This document shows positions 1 to 9,413 of a stretch of 64,000 nt of DNA, piece by piece. The DNA is taken from positions 22,807-86,806 of IMG/VR virus record IMGVR_UViG_3300010399_000034; one strand, given 5' to 3'. Each line of letters starts with the position of its first letter. Position 1 is the first letter of the stretch. The translations under genes were made by a program, and so were the position numbers. The notes under the pieces were generated by a model, which was not told where the DNA came from, did no database searches, and saw only the letters and a list, made by a program, of their open reading frames with translations. This DNA is from a virus.

Positions 1-1
1 G

Positions 2-886
2 ACGAAGTACGTCTCGCTCTCCACGGATCAGAAGGTCGCGTATGCGATCTGGGCGCCGCTCGTCGTTCGCTTCTGGCGGCACCTCGGCTATACGCCGATC
101 GTCTTCGTGCACCATGGCGATTGGAGCGGGCGATTCGAAGACTTCGTTCTGGCAACGCTCGTCAAGACTCCCGGTGTTCGACTCGAGTATGTCCCGCGCA
201 CCGAGCCGCTCTCGGTCGGGAACACGATGCGTGTCGCGCGACTTGCCGCGGGCTCGCTAGCCGGCATTCAGCCCGACGACTTCATTATCACGGCCGACAT
301 CGACATGGCGCCGATCTCGCGCGCGTTCTTCGAACGCGACCCGGCGCAGATCTGGCTCTTGCGTGCGGACATGTACGGCGGGATTCCTGGCGCCGCAGGC
401 CTCTTACATGACAAGCAGCCGGCGTTGATCTGCGGACAGTTTCGGCTTCCGCTCTGCTACATCGGGATGCCTGCAATCGTCTGGCAGAAGATCATGCCGT
501 ACGCCGACGGCGATCCGATCCGCTCCATTCGCAACATCAACCACGGGCTCGGCTGGGATGCTCACGATCACGACGAGGCGTGTACGTCGGCGCGCTTGCT
601 TCTCTCGAGCTGGGGCGCGGGCCCGCTCGTCTGGCAGGAAGATGGGACGTGGAAGCAAGGCGCGCTGAACATCATCCCGAAGACCGACTGGCCCAAGGGG
701 ACGCCGATCGGGATGCTCCTCGGCGGACAAGCTCGCACGTACAAGGAGCTTGACCCTAGCATTGTAGACTGGCATATGAAGGAAGTCGGGCGCTGGGTTG
801 GAAGCGCCCTCTCTGTCTTCTGGCCGGAAGAGAAGGACTTCATCGACTCGTACTGGCCTGAAGCGTGTCGGCTCGCAGGGGTGTGA
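2..886 (+). CDS. Putative nucleotide-sugar-dependent glycosyltransferase-like protein (5'-truncated)
   Basis: Frame is open from base 2 (TKYVSLST...APLVVRFWRHLGY), so it is longer than the 107 start in the track; DxD motif ITADIDMAP. Confidence 0.55.
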   Translation, partial: TKYVSLSTDQKVAYAIWAPLVVRFWRHLGYTPIVFVHHGDWSGRFEDFVLATLVKTPGVRLEYVPRTEPLSVGNTMRVARLAAGSLAGIQPDDFIITADIDMAPISRAFFERDPAQIWLLRADMYGGIPGAAGLLHDKQPALICGQFRLPLCYIGMPAIVWQKIMPYADGDPIRSIRNINHGLGWDAHDHDEACTSARLLLSSWGAGPLVWQEDGTWKQGALNIIPKTDWPKGTPIGMLLGGQARTYKELDPSIVDWHMKEVGRWVGSALSVFWPEEKDFIDSYWPEACRLAGV

Positions 887-1230
887 TCGTGCGTCTTCTC
901 GGGTGGAGCTCGGTGCTTCTTGGATGCGTCTCGGTGCATCCATCGTTGCGCGTCGTCCCGGCGTTGGAGATCGACGATCCGACGTACGCGCAGGCGCAGC
1001 GCGGGTGTGTCGAAGCTCGTGCGCATGCTGCGGGTGACGAGGACGCGCTCTTCGAGGTTGATCGCATCTGCCAGACGGTGGAGGTCGGCTTCGCGTTCTT
1101 GCGCGAGCACCCAACGATGACGGCCGAGCGCGCGATCGATGAAGGCGTGCACGGTGTCGACGCCGAGGCCCTCAGTGCAGGCCTCGGCGCGTGGATGGAG
1201 CTCCAAGAGCTCGTGCGAGGCCTCCGATGA
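883..1230 (+). CDS. Hypothetical lipoprotein-like protein
   Basis: GTGA overlap with the upstream stop; hydrophobic N-terminus ending LLGC. Confidence 0.55.
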   Translation: MIVRLLGWSSVLLGCVSVHPSLRVVPALEIDDPTYAQAQRGCVEARAHAAGDEDALFEVDRICQTVEVGFAFLREHPTMTAERAIDEGVHGVDAEALSAGLGAWMELQELVRGLR

Positions 1231-1886
1231 GAGAAGCAGTCTGGAACGCCTTCCAATGGCTTCAGACGGACGGCGCTTACCCGAACGGGCCGCAGCCTGC
1301 CGCGCTCTGCCACGTCTACCGCGCAGCGAACGAGGGTTGGCTGCCGAAGGACGTCGATGTCACACGCATCCTTGTTGTAGGGCCCGGGTCGCATCACGAA
1401 GTCGACCTCCTCGTCTCGAAGCTCGGGCAGACGGCGCGTGTGACTGTGCTGACTGCGTACGAGGGCGAAAGCTACGAAGGGTACGGGCACGTCAGCGACG
1501 ACGTTCACGACACGGATCTGCCCTCCGCGTATTTTGATCTGATCTTCAGCTCGAACGTCTTCGAGCACGTCTTCGCGCCGTACGTTGCGCTGATGGAGTG
1601 TCGGCGGCTTCTTCGCAAGGGCGGTTACTTCTACGCGATCGTGCCGACGTTCGACACGGCCGGCGGCGGCGTCACGCCGTGGCACATCTCCTGTCTCGCA
1701 GGAAAGCATTGGTCCGAGCTCCTCAACAAGACCGGCTTCGTCTGTGAGCGCATCGAACACGTCGGCGAAACGCTCGAAGGCGGCGCGCTCGAGATGTACT
1801 TCCACATCCGTGCTCGTGCTGTCGACCTTCAAGAGCCACACGCCGAAGTCATGCGCCGACTGATCGAAGCGAAGGAATCACGATGA
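1227..1886 (+). CDS. Class I SAM-dependent methyltransferase
   Basis: ILVVGPGS, FDLIFSSNVFEH, RLLRKGG motifs; ATGA coupling. Confidence 0.85.
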   Translation: MREAVWNAFQWLQTDGAYPNGPQPAALCHVYRAANEGWLPKDVDVTRILVVGPGSHHEVDLLVSKLGQTARVTVLTAYEGESYEGYGHVSDDVHDTDLPSAYFDLIFSSNVFEHVFAPYVALMECRRLLRKGGYFYAIVPTFDTAGGGVTPWHISCLAGKHWSELLNKTGFVCERIEHVGETLEGGALEMYFHIRARAVDLQEPHAEVMRRLIEAKESR

Positions 1887-2590
1887 ACATTGACAAGGCT
1901 CGTTCGTTCTGGAAGGTCGCGCGCGACTTCCCGCCCGAGAAGGAGACCGTCTATCCCGCACACGCGAAGGCGCACCACTTCGACGAGCAGGCGAAAGGAC
2001 GCGTGCTCGAGTACGGCTGCGGCGGTGGGAGCGACACGATCTCGCTGCTTAGGCGTGGTGCCGAAGTCTTCTTCGTCGACATCGTCTCGGAGAACGTAGC
2101 GACGACGCGCGAGCGCGTGACGCAGTGGTGCCGTGATCAAAAGGGCGTTGCCCCCGAAGGGCGCGCTGTGGCCGCCGGCTGCATCCTCGAGCGCTCCGAA
2201 GACCTTCCGTTCGAAGAGGCGTGCTTCGATTCGGTCAACTGCCACGGCGTGCTGCACCACATTCCAGTCACGACGATGTTCGATGTGATCCAGGAAATGC
2301 TCCGCGTGCTCAAGCCGGGCGGGCATCTCTACGCGATGCTCTATACCGAACATCTCTGGAAGAAGTGCTGGCCGACGATGGAGGGGCTGATCAACCAACG
2401 CAGGTGGGCCGACGATCGCGCCTTCGGCTACATGACCGACGGCGGCAACGATTCGGACTGGTGCATCGCGCGGTCGTACACTGAAGCGGAAGGCCGCGAG
2501 CTCTTCGAGGAGCTCGGCTTCGAGTTCGTAGAGGCGACCGAGTACAACGACGCCGATTTTCGGACCTTCGTCTTGAGGAAGCCGCTGTGA
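1883..2590 (+). CDS. Class I SAM-dependent methyltransferase
   Basis: VLEYGCGGG, LPFEEACFD, GVLHH, RVLKPGG. Confidence 0.9.
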   Translation: MNIDKARSFWKVARDFPPEKETVYPAHAKAHHFDEQAKGRVLEYGCGGGSDTISLLRRGAEVFFVDIVSENVATTRERVTQWCRDQKGVAPEGRAVAAGCILERSEDLPFEEACFDSVNCHGVLHHIPVTTMFDVIQEMLRVLKPGGHLYAMLYTEHLWKKCWPTMEGLINQRRWADDRAFGYMTDGGNDSDWCIARSYTEAEGRELFEELGFEFVEATEYNDADFRTFVLRKPL

Positions 2591-3264
2591 CAGATGAACG
2601 AACGAAGGTCGATCACGACGTTCAGGCCTGGTACGCCGATCCGTCGCGTTGGGCGCCGCAGGGCAAGAGCTACGAATGGCCGGATCGCGTGCTCCTCGCC
2701 GACGGCGAACAACAAGGCGCGTTGGTGCACAACAAGGACGTGCTCAATCTCGGCTGCTTCTATCCCGAGGACGAGCTTTACTTCGGGCATACCGCTCGGA
2801 CGTGGACGGCGATCGACTTCGTGCCAGACGTGATCGCGCTCTGTCTCTCACGCTTCGAGTGGACGAAGAATGTCAGCTTTCTCGTCGCCGACATGCGGGC
2901 GCTTCCGTTCGCCGACGCGTCCTTCGACGTGGTGACCGACTTCTCGTCGGGCGATCATCTTCTTCGCGAGGACTGGCACAAGGTCATCACCGAAGCGCAT
3001 CGTGTCCTTCGTCCCGCCGGGCACTTTCTCGTCTGCTACGCCAACCGTGCGGCCTTTGAAGCGCTCGGGCCGTACTGGAAAGAGTGTGGCGACCGCCCCG
3101 GGGACTACGGCTACGTTCGGACGGATACGAAAGAGGCCATGCAGCAGATGCTCGAGGAGCGCGGCTTCATGGTGATCAAGCACTCGCACGACAACGTCGG
3201 ACAGCTCCGTTCGGGGATGTTGGCGGTGAAGCGCTCGCCAGCGCGTACGTCCAGTCGCCCGTAG
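2587..3264 (+). CDS. Class I SAM-dependent methyltransferase
   Basis: VLNLGC, ADMRALPFADASFDVV, RVLRPAG. Confidence 0.88.
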   Translation: MTDERTKVDHDVQAWYADPSRWAPQGKSYEWPDRVLLADGEQQGALVHNKDVLNLGCFYPEDELYFGHTARTWTAIDFVPDVIALCLSRFEWTKNVSFLVADMRALPFADASFDVVTDFSSGDHLLREDWHKVITEAHRVLRPAGHFLVCYANRAAFEALGPYWKECGDRPGDYGYVRTDTKEAMQQMLEERGFMVIKHSHDNVGQLRSGMLAVKRSPARTSSRP

Positions 3265-3295
3265 TGCAGTGCTAGACTGCAAGTCGAGGTGAGCA

Positions 3296-4051
3296 ATGCC
3301 GAGTGAAGCGAACGACGAACGGATTTGGTGGGATGCGGCCGCGGTCGACATTCAATCCGCGAAGGGCAAGATCGCAGCGGACGAGTCAGCGTGGAGCGGC
3401 GAGCTCCTCGAGCGTTGCCTCGAGCAGATCATACCGACACTCGATGCTCACTGCGATCGGGCGAAGCCGGCGTGCGTCCTCGATCTCGGCTGCGGCATAG
3501 GGCGGCTCACGATTCCGATCTCGCAACGACGGCTCAACTGGACGCTGCACGGCGTGGACATCTCGTGGAACATGATCGAGCTTGCCTACAAGCTCGACGC
3601 CCACATTCAATGGAGCACGTGCAACGGACGAACGCTGCCGTACGACGAAGCAGCATTCGATGCCGTGTACTCGATGATCACACTTCAGCACCTCCCGCGC
3701 GAAGCGCAGCGTGGCTACATCCATGAAGTCGCGCGTGTGCTTCTTCCAGGAGGCGTCTTTCGCTTCCAGGTGCTTGAAGGAACGGCTGAGTCGTTCATGT
3801 GGAACGAACTAGACGAGGCGTATCTTCATGCGTCGTGTGCGGCGACAGGGTTGAAGATCACTGCGCTCAATCGCGTCGCACCGCTTTCGGGCGGCGATGC
3901 GAAGGTGCTCTGGGTGACCGCGGTGAAGCGTGACGCCACTCCGCCGGCGGCCGAGGAGCTCACGCCTGCCGAGGTGCCTTCGAAGAAGCCGAAGGCGGCC
4001 ACCAAGAAGGACGTGAAGAAGACGACAACCAAGCGCGGGAGGAAGTCATGA
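3296..4051 (+). CDS. Class I SAM-dependent methyltransferase with Lys-rich C-terminal tail
   Basis: VLDLGCGIG, GVDIS, LPYDEAAFD, RVLLPGG; tail PSKKPKAATKKDVKKTTTKRGRKS. Confidence 0.9.
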   Translation: MPSEANDERIWWDAAAVDIQSAKGKIAADESAWSGELLERCLEQIIPTLDAHCDRAKPACVLDLGCGIGRLTIPISQRRLNWTLHGVDISWNMIELAYKLDAHIQWSTCNGRTLPYDEAAFDAVYSMITLQHLPREAQRGYIHEVARVLLPGGVFRFQVLEGTAESFMWNELDEAYLHASCAATGLKITALNRVAPLSGGDAKVLWVTAVKRDATPPAAEELTPAEVPSKKPKAATKKDVKKTTTKRGRKS

Positions 4052-4167
4052 ATCTCGACCTGAAACAGCCAGCGAGTTTCCTTCTGTGGAGCGTTGCGGT
4101 GTTGGTGTTCGCTGTGATCGCACGTCTGGGGTGGGAGCTTGGTGGTCGGCTCTGGACGATCTTCTGA
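4048..4167 (+). CDS. 39-aa hydrophobic peptide (MNLDLKQPASFLLWSVAVLVFAVIARLGWELGGRLWTIF)
   Basis: Below the ORF-track cutoff; ATGA overlap upstream and TGATG overlap downstream. Confidence 0.65.
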   Translation: MNLDLKQPASFLLWSVAVLVFAVIARLGWELGGRLWTIF

Positions 4168-5231
4168 TGCGCACGCAGATCACACACCTGAAGCTCGCGC
4201 GCTATCCGGAGCTCCTCGCCGGGCCCGTGCGTCCAATACATTGGGACGTCGACCCGAGCTCGGTGTGCGATCATCGCTGCCGCGGATGCCCGTACATCTT
4301 CGACGGGCCTATCGATCCGATGCTCGGTGTCGTTCGTCCCGAGTCGCACGTTGCGCGTCGTACGCTACTCGAGCTCGCGACCTTCTTGCGCTTCCTCGAC
4401 CAGGCGGTCGAGAACGGTTGTAAGGCCATCACGTTCGTCGGCGGAGGCGAGCCGACGATCCATCCTGACTTCACGCGCATGATGCAGGCTGCAACGGAAC
4501 GCGGTGTGAAGTTCGGGGTCATCACGCACCTCGGGCGCAAGTACAGTCCGGACTTCTTCAAAGCACTCGCGCACGCGACGTGGGTGCGCGTCAGCGTGAA
4601 CGCGGGGACGCCGGACACGTACCAGCGCCATCAGGGCAAGGACCACTTCACGCAGGCGATCGACAACATGGAGACGGCGGCCGAGCACGGGACGCGCGTC
4701 GGCATGTCGTTCTTGATCACGAACGACAACTACGAAGAGATCGTGCTCGCAGCGGCGCATACCAAGGCCGTCGGCGGCCACTTCATTCAGTACAAGCCGA
4801 TCATCGAGCTCGAGCTCGGTAAGGCCTACGAGGGCATCGAAGAGGCGATCGCGAAGCGGCTCGAGGCCGCTCGTGGTCTCGTCGAAGACGGCTTCCAGGT
4901 CATCGATCAGTGGTCCTCGCGCTTCGAGGAGCTCCGTCGCCACGAGCGTGGCGAGTTCAAGGGGCTGTGTCACGTCCCACGTTTCAATCCGAAGCTCGGC
5001 GCCAACGGCATCGTCTACACGTGCTGCGAGCTCGCATACTCCGAAGAGGGCGCGATCGGCTCCATCTACGACGAGCCGCTAGTCGACATCCTCGAGCGCG
5101 CTGGTAAGAAGTGTATGGAGATGAGCAAGTGCCCGCACTGTTGGGACAAGCCTCTCAACACGCTGATCAACGAAGGTCGCCTCGGCGAGGCGCAGGTCCC
5201 GCCCGAGAGCATCGACAAGGAGTTCGTGTGA
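4167..5231 (+). CDS. Radical SAM protein with C-terminal SPASM/twitch-like Cys cluster
   Basis: CDHRCRGC (CxxxCxxC), GGGEP, C-terminal CHVP...TCC...CMEMSKCPHC. Confidence 0.9.
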   Translation: MRTQITHLKLARYPELLAGPVRPIHWDVDPSSVCDHRCRGCPYIFDGPIDPMLGVVRPESHVARRTLLELATFLRFLDQAVENGCKAITFVGGGEPTIHPDFTRMMQAATERGVKFGVITHLGRKYSPDFFKALAHATWVRVSVNAGTPDTYQRHQGKDHFTQAIDNMETAAEHGTRVGMSFLITNDNYEEIVLAAAHTKAVGGHFIQYKPIIELELGKAYEGIEEAIAKRLEAARGLVEDGFQVIDQWSSRFEELRRHERGEFKGLCHVPRFNPKLGANGIVYTCCELAYSEEGAIGSIYDEPLVDILERAGKKCMEMSKCPHCWDKPLNTLINEGRLGEAQVPPESIDKEFV

Positions 5232-5509
5232 GCCGGCCGACTATCAGTGATTCGGAATACTGGGCGGCTGTAAAGGCCGTTCCGCCACCAATCGGAACGC
5301 AGTGGGAGTCCGATCCTTCTGCGTCGAGCGATCGACTGCGCTTGTTTCGCAACCAAGGCGGTGAGATTTGCGTCGTCTATCCCGACGGTGTGTGGGCTGT
5401 TGACGAACGTGGCGGCTACAACTTCTGTGCGCGTGGCCGAGAGGTCGATCTACACTCTGCGATGCGTCGTGCATTGCGTGTCGCGGAAGCGCTTGGTTGG
5501 TTCGAATGA
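5228..5509 (+). CDS. Hypothetical protein
   Basis: GTGA and ATGA coupling on both sides. Confidence 0.55.
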   Translation: MSRPTISDSEYWAAVKAVPPPIGTQWESDPSASSDRLRLFRNQGGEICVVYPDGVWAVDERGGYNFCARGREVDLHSAMRRALRVAEALGWFE

Positions 5510-6612
5510 AGCGCGTCCTCGTCATCCTCGGCACGCGTCCCGAAGCGATCAAGCTCTGGCCGGTGATCAATACGCTCCGCTCGCGCGATCTCGACGTGCG
5601 TGTTGCCTCGACGAATCAGCAGCCGGATCTTCTTCAGCCGATCCTCGACGAGCTCGGCATTGATGAGGAGTACGCGCCATTGCCCGCGTTCGAATCGGCG
5701 CTCGAAGGAAAGCCACTCGATGCGCGACTCGGTGCGTGGATCACCTGGCTCGGCGAGATCGTGCGCATCGCTCGCCCAGATCTTGTCATCGTCCAGGGCG
5801 ACACCACGACCGCGCTCGCAGGTGCGCTCGCTGCCTTCTACAACCAAGTGCCGATCGCGCACGTCGAGGCCGGCCTACGCACGTACGACCTGACGAGTCC
5901 GTTCCCGGAAGAGGCGAATCGGCAGATGATCGCGCGGCTCGCAACGCTGCACTTCGCTCCGACCAAGGCAGCTCGTGCGGCGCTTCGAATGGAGCTTCGA
6001 GACGGTTGGCGCTCCATGGTCGAAGCGGACGCAGACAAGCCCACACGCGGCATCTTCCTCGTCGGCAACACCTCGGTCGACGCGCTGCACATGGCAATGA
6101 AGCTTCCTGGGTTGTCGCACGAGCTGCCGCCCGCAGACATCCTCGTGACCTTCCATCGACGCGAGTCGTGGCCGGAAGCGAAGCAGGTCGTCCACGCGGT
6201 AGACGAGCTCGCGAAGAGCGGACGCAAGGTCACTTGGGTGCTTCACAAGAACGTCGTCGGCGACATTGCAATGCAGGAGGCGCGACACATGCGCCTTGTT
6301 CCGGCGCTCCCCTATGGCGCCTTCGTCGATCAGCTCCTCAACGCCAAGCTCGTGATCACCGACTCGGGTGGCGTTGTCGAGGAAGCCGTCACGATCGGCG
6401 TTCCGACGATCATGCTTCGCAATGCCACGGAGCGTAGCGAAGCGCTCGATGCTGGCGCGGATATCCTAGGTCTCGATGAGCTCCACCTGCTCGAACGTGC
6501 TGTCGATGCGCAGCTCACGCGCGGCCGCAATCCATCCGACGTCTTCGGCGACGGCAAAACCGCAGAACGCATTGCCGATCGCGTCTGCGACTTCCTGCGT
6601 GCGAAACGCTGA
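5506..6612 (+). CDS. wecB: UDP-N-acetylglucosamine 2-epimerase (non-hydrolysing)
   Basis: GTRPEAIK, VQGDTTT, HVEAGLRT, PFPEEANR, TDSGG, FGDGK. Confidence 0.95.
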   Translation: MKRVLVILGTRPEAIKLWPVINTLRSRDLDVRVASTNQQPDLLQPILDELGIDEEYAPLPAFESALEGKPLDARLGAWITWLGEIVRIARPDLVIVQGDTTTALAGALAAFYNQVPIAHVEAGLRTYDLTSPFPEEANRQMIARLATLHFAPTKAARAALRMELRDGWRSMVEADADKPTRGIFLVGNTSVDALHMAMKLPGLSHELPPADILVTFHRRESWPEAKQVVHAVDELAKSGRKVTWVLHKNVVGDIAMQEARHMRLVPALPYGAFVDQLLNAKLVITDSGGVVEEAVTIGVPTIMLRNATERSEALDAGADILGLDELHLLERAVDAQLTRGRNPSDVFGDGKTAERIADRVCDFLRAKR

Positions 6613-6965
6613 TGATCAACACGCTCAAGTTCCCCGACGGAACCGAGGTCGCGCTCTCGGATTGGAAGGAGGCTCCGCCTGTCTGGAGTACGCTCTACGC
6701 GCCGTGGGTCGAGTACGAGGACGGCCGCGTGCTGATCACGCCCGGCGGCTCCACGTCGTACTGCGATGGACAGCAAACCAGCAAGGGTTTCATCGGCGAC
6801 TGTTCTCCGGAGGAATACGCTGTGTGGGCGAATCTTTCAGGGCGCGACCTCTGGCGCTTCTCCTGCTTCGTACGCGAATACGCTGGTCGTAGTGGATGCC
6901 GGCGGAGACGAACGCCGCAGTGGGTACGCCTCGTCGCCTTCATCATCGAGCACAACCCACAATGA
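6612..6965 (+). CDS. Hypothetical protein (DGTxVxLxDW family, paralog of 7180..7506)
   Basis: TGATG coupling; FPDGTEVALSDW motif. Confidence 0.6.
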   Translation: MINTLKFPDGTEVALSDWKEAPPVWSTLYAPWVEYEDGRVLITPGGSTSYCDGQQTSKGFIGDCSPEEYAVWANLSGRDLWRFSCFVREYAGRSGCRRRRTPQWVRLVAFIIEHNPQ

Positions 6966-7186
6966 AGAAGCTGACAGTTGACATGCTCGACGTGCTTACG
7001 AGCATCGTCGCTGCTGAAGCCCACGGCCGCACGGTGTGGATGCATGGCTCTGCGGTTGCAGCATTGCAGAAGCGTGGCTTGATCGAGCTAGCGAATCATA
7101 ACGGCGTGTTGCACTGGGCGATCACGACGGCTGGACGAGAAGCGTTGAAGACGGGCAATGACGGAGCGAGGGGCCGACGATGCTAA
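6962..7186 (+). CDS. Small winged-helix-like protein
   Basis: AVAALQKRGLIE...WAITTAGREAL pattern typical of wHTH C-termini. Confidence 0.5.
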   Translation: MKKLTVDMLDVLTSIVAAEAHGRTVWMHGSAVAALQKRGLIELANHNGVLHWAITTAGREALKTGNDGARGRRC

Positions 7187-7506
7187 TCCGCGACCAAGGC
7201 GGTCGACAGCGTGAACTCGGCGAGAGCGATCCGATTCGCCTTACAGACGGGACGAGCGTTCGGCTCTGCGACTGGGCGCATCTTCCGCTCTTCCCTGGCG
7301 TCTACGAGAACCACGACGAAGGTGGGCTGCTGATCTATCCAGGACCCGGCCACCTCGGCATGTTCACTGAAACGGAGTGGGCTGAGAAGATGAACCGTCC
7401 GCTCTGGGCGATTCAGCGGATGGTCGACGCGTACCAGTCGCGTCGAGCTCGGGGCTTGCCGGCCCTGACGCAGTGGCGACAGCTCACTCGACGGAGGCGG
7501 CGGTGA
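7180..7506 (+). CDS. Hypothetical protein (DGTxVxLxDW family)
   Basis: LTDGTSVRLCDW motif. Confidence 0.6.
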   Translation: MLIRDQGGRQRELGESDPIRLTDGTSVRLCDWAHLPLFPGVYENHDEGGLLIYPGPGHLGMFTETEWAEKMNRPLWAIQRMVDAYQSRRARGLPALTQWRQLTRRRRR

Positions 7507-7901
7507 AAGACTATCAATGCGTCTACGACGTCAGCTTCAAGCTCTGGCACCTCACGCAGCGACAAGCCGATCCGCCGAGTAAGACCGAACCGTGGTGCTG
7601 GACGAGCTGCTACGTTGTGGCGATCCCGAAGCACGGCTACGAGAAGCGCCGGCCGACGTGCGAAGAGTGCCTTGGCCACGTCACGAAGTTCGAACGCACC
7701 GGCGAAGCGGGCAAGACGCCAGAGCAGATCAATCGAGAGAACGGCCTCGGCTTCCAGGGCGCCAAGCAGTACAAGATGGTGCCACCAGGCGAGCTCGCGT
7801 CAGTTGCTTCGGAGCTATGGCTTGGGGGTGTAGAAGATCAGCTCGACGCGCTCTTCGTTGGCCGCACGAGTCGACGTGCTAGACTTGCAAGACGGCGATG
7901 A
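7503..7901 (+). CDS. Hypothetical protein with Cys/His motif
   Basis: GTGA coupling; WH...WC...C...TCEEC. Confidence 0.5.
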   Translation: MKDYQCVYDVSFKLWHLTQRQADPPSKTEPWCWTSCYVVAIPKHGYEKRRPTCEECLGHVTKFERTGEAGKTPEQINRENGLGFQGAKQYKMVPPGELASVASELWLGGVEDQLDALFVGRTSRRARLARRR

Positions 7902-8308
7902 TTCTGTTCGATCAACGCGACGGTATGTTGACGCTGACCTTCCCGAGCCGGCTTCGGCATGACGAGTTCAAGATCGGTCTTCAGCGGCTCATGGAGACCT
8001 GCAATGACGTCGACCTCCAAGGTGGTAAGCTCGTCATCATCGCCGATGTCCGTGTTGCAGAGGTGCCTAGTGCGACCGAACGTCGGCTCGTTGGCGAAGC
8101 GATCCGTGCAAACGACAACTGCCTGCGGCGGATCCTTTGCGGCTGGGCGGTCGTTACCGACTCGCTCCTGCATCGCGGCGTGATCACGGCCATCAGCTGG
8201 ATCTCGCCATCGCCCTGTCCGCTCAGTACGTTCTCATCCGTCTCGCGAGCAGAGGCCTGGGCACAGCGTCAACTCTCCGGCGTCGGCTCCTCGTCATCGT
8301 CGTCCTGA
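7898..8308 (+). CDS. STAS/SEC14-like domain protein of the myxobacterial type
   Basis: IIADV..VPSATERR, AVVTDSLLHRGVITAISW, FSSVSRAEAW pattern. Confidence 0.7.
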   Translation: MILFDQRDGMLTLTFPSRLRHDEFKIGLQRLMETCNDVDLQGGKLVIIADVRVAEVPSATERRLVGEAIRANDNCLRRILCGWAVVTDSLLHRGVITAISWISPSPCPLSTFSSVSRAEAWAQRQLSGVGSSSSSS

Positions 8309-8703
8309 TCCTCGTCGCGGTGGGCCGGCATGTTCGGGATCGTCGTCGTCCAGCCGCGCAGATACTTGTTCTCTGCCTGAAGCCGAGCATTCCGCCCTGT
8401 GAGCTTCACATGCTCACGGTGAAGCGCAGCGAGCTGCATCTCGAGCTCGTTCACCCGATCGAACATCTCTTCGATGATCTTGGGCTGCGCCTCGGCCTGC
8501 ACAAGCGCGAAGCGCCCGGAGTCTTCTCGGATCTGCTTGTCACGTTCGGCTTCACGGTCGCGAGCCGCCTTCTGCGCCTCTCTTTCGGCCTTGTCTTGCG
8601 CCATCCGCCGTGCGGCTCGTCCCTTGGCCCAGTGCCCCGCAGCGCCGGCTACGAGGCTCAGCGCGACGATGCCTAGATCCTTGGTGAGCTCGAGAACGTC
8701 CAC
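8269..8703 (-). CDS. Membrane-anchored coiled-coil protein
   Basis: N-terminal TM segment, heptad-rich middle, acidic tail. Confidence 0.6.
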   Translation of the reverse strand: MDVLELTKDLGIVALSLVAGAAGHWAKGRAARRMAQDKAEREAQKAARDREAERDKQIREDSGRFALVQAEAQPKIIEEMFDRVNELEMQLAALHREHVKLTGRNARLQAENKYLRGWTTTIPNMPAHRDEDQDDDDEEPTPES

Positions 8704-8736
8704 GTGTAGGAGTATGTCCTACACCTGCGGGAAGTT

Positions 8737-9186
8737 CTAGCCGTCGATCGGTCTGCGGATGCGCAGTGGCGGCGCTGACGCTAACAGCGGGCACGGTCCG
8801 AACATGTGCCGATGCTCTTTGATGAAGATCCGCGCTTCTTCCTCGAAGAACGCATGTAGGAGCTTCGCGATCTCGTCGCAATGCTCTTCGGCGCACGTGA
8901 TGTCGAGCGAGTCGTGAAGCCACGCGAACGTGGCCGTCGGATCGATCTCCGCCGCACGACGGACGAGCACAACGTACCGGTTTAGGGTCGGCTTGCGTGG
9001 AAGGTCGATCGTCTTGAACGTCGGCGTGCCAGCCCATTCGGAGGCTTGCAGGACTGGCGGCAGCGCCGGTTGCAGCTTCGGCTCTTCGAGCCTTCGTCCG
9101 GTGCGCGACATCTTGAATGTGCACTTCTCGCACGCGTACGAGATCAAGAGCTCGACCAGCTTCGATCCACAGTCGGGGCAGTTCAT
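8737..9186 (-). CDS. Zn-ribbon protein
   Basis: MNCPDCGSKLVELLISYACEKC; the same N-terminus occurs in 15127..15480. Confidence 0.6.
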   Translation of the reverse strand: MNCPDCGSKLVELLISYACEKCTFKMSRTGRRLEEPKLQPALPPVLQASEWAGTPTFKTIDLPRKPTLNRYVVLVRRAAEIDPTATFAWLHDSLDITCAEEHCDEIAKLLHAFFEEEARIFIKEHRHMFGPCPLLASAPPLRIRRPIDG

Positions 9187-9413
9187 GTCTTCTCCGGTTC
9201 GTCCCAACGAAGCGTGTATCGACGCTTCGGCTTGAGGCCCAAAGCTTCCGCGGCACGAACGACAGCGATGTCTTCACGGATCCACTCGCGTCGCTCTGTT
9301 GTATTGCCGAGCAGCCCGTTGTAAAGATGGCCATTGTGGCGCTCGATGAAACCGTCCGGGATGTCGTTCGCGAGCAGATTTTCAGCCTTGGCGAGAAGCT
9401 TTGCGTGGCGCAT
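9183..9413 (-). CDS. Hypothetical protein
   Basis: Coupled ORF starting MRHAKLL. Confidence 0.5.
   Translation of the reverse strand: MRHAKLLAKAENLLANDIPDGFIERHNGHLYNGLLGNTTERREWIREDIAVVRAAEALGLKPKRRYTLRWDEPEKT

Noticed and set aside
2-6612. Host LPS/capsule locus flanking a prophage
   Set aside because: The genes are interleaved and translationally coupled with small phage-like ORFs, with no wzx/wzy/ABC export genes and no att boundary visible. Not fully excluded.
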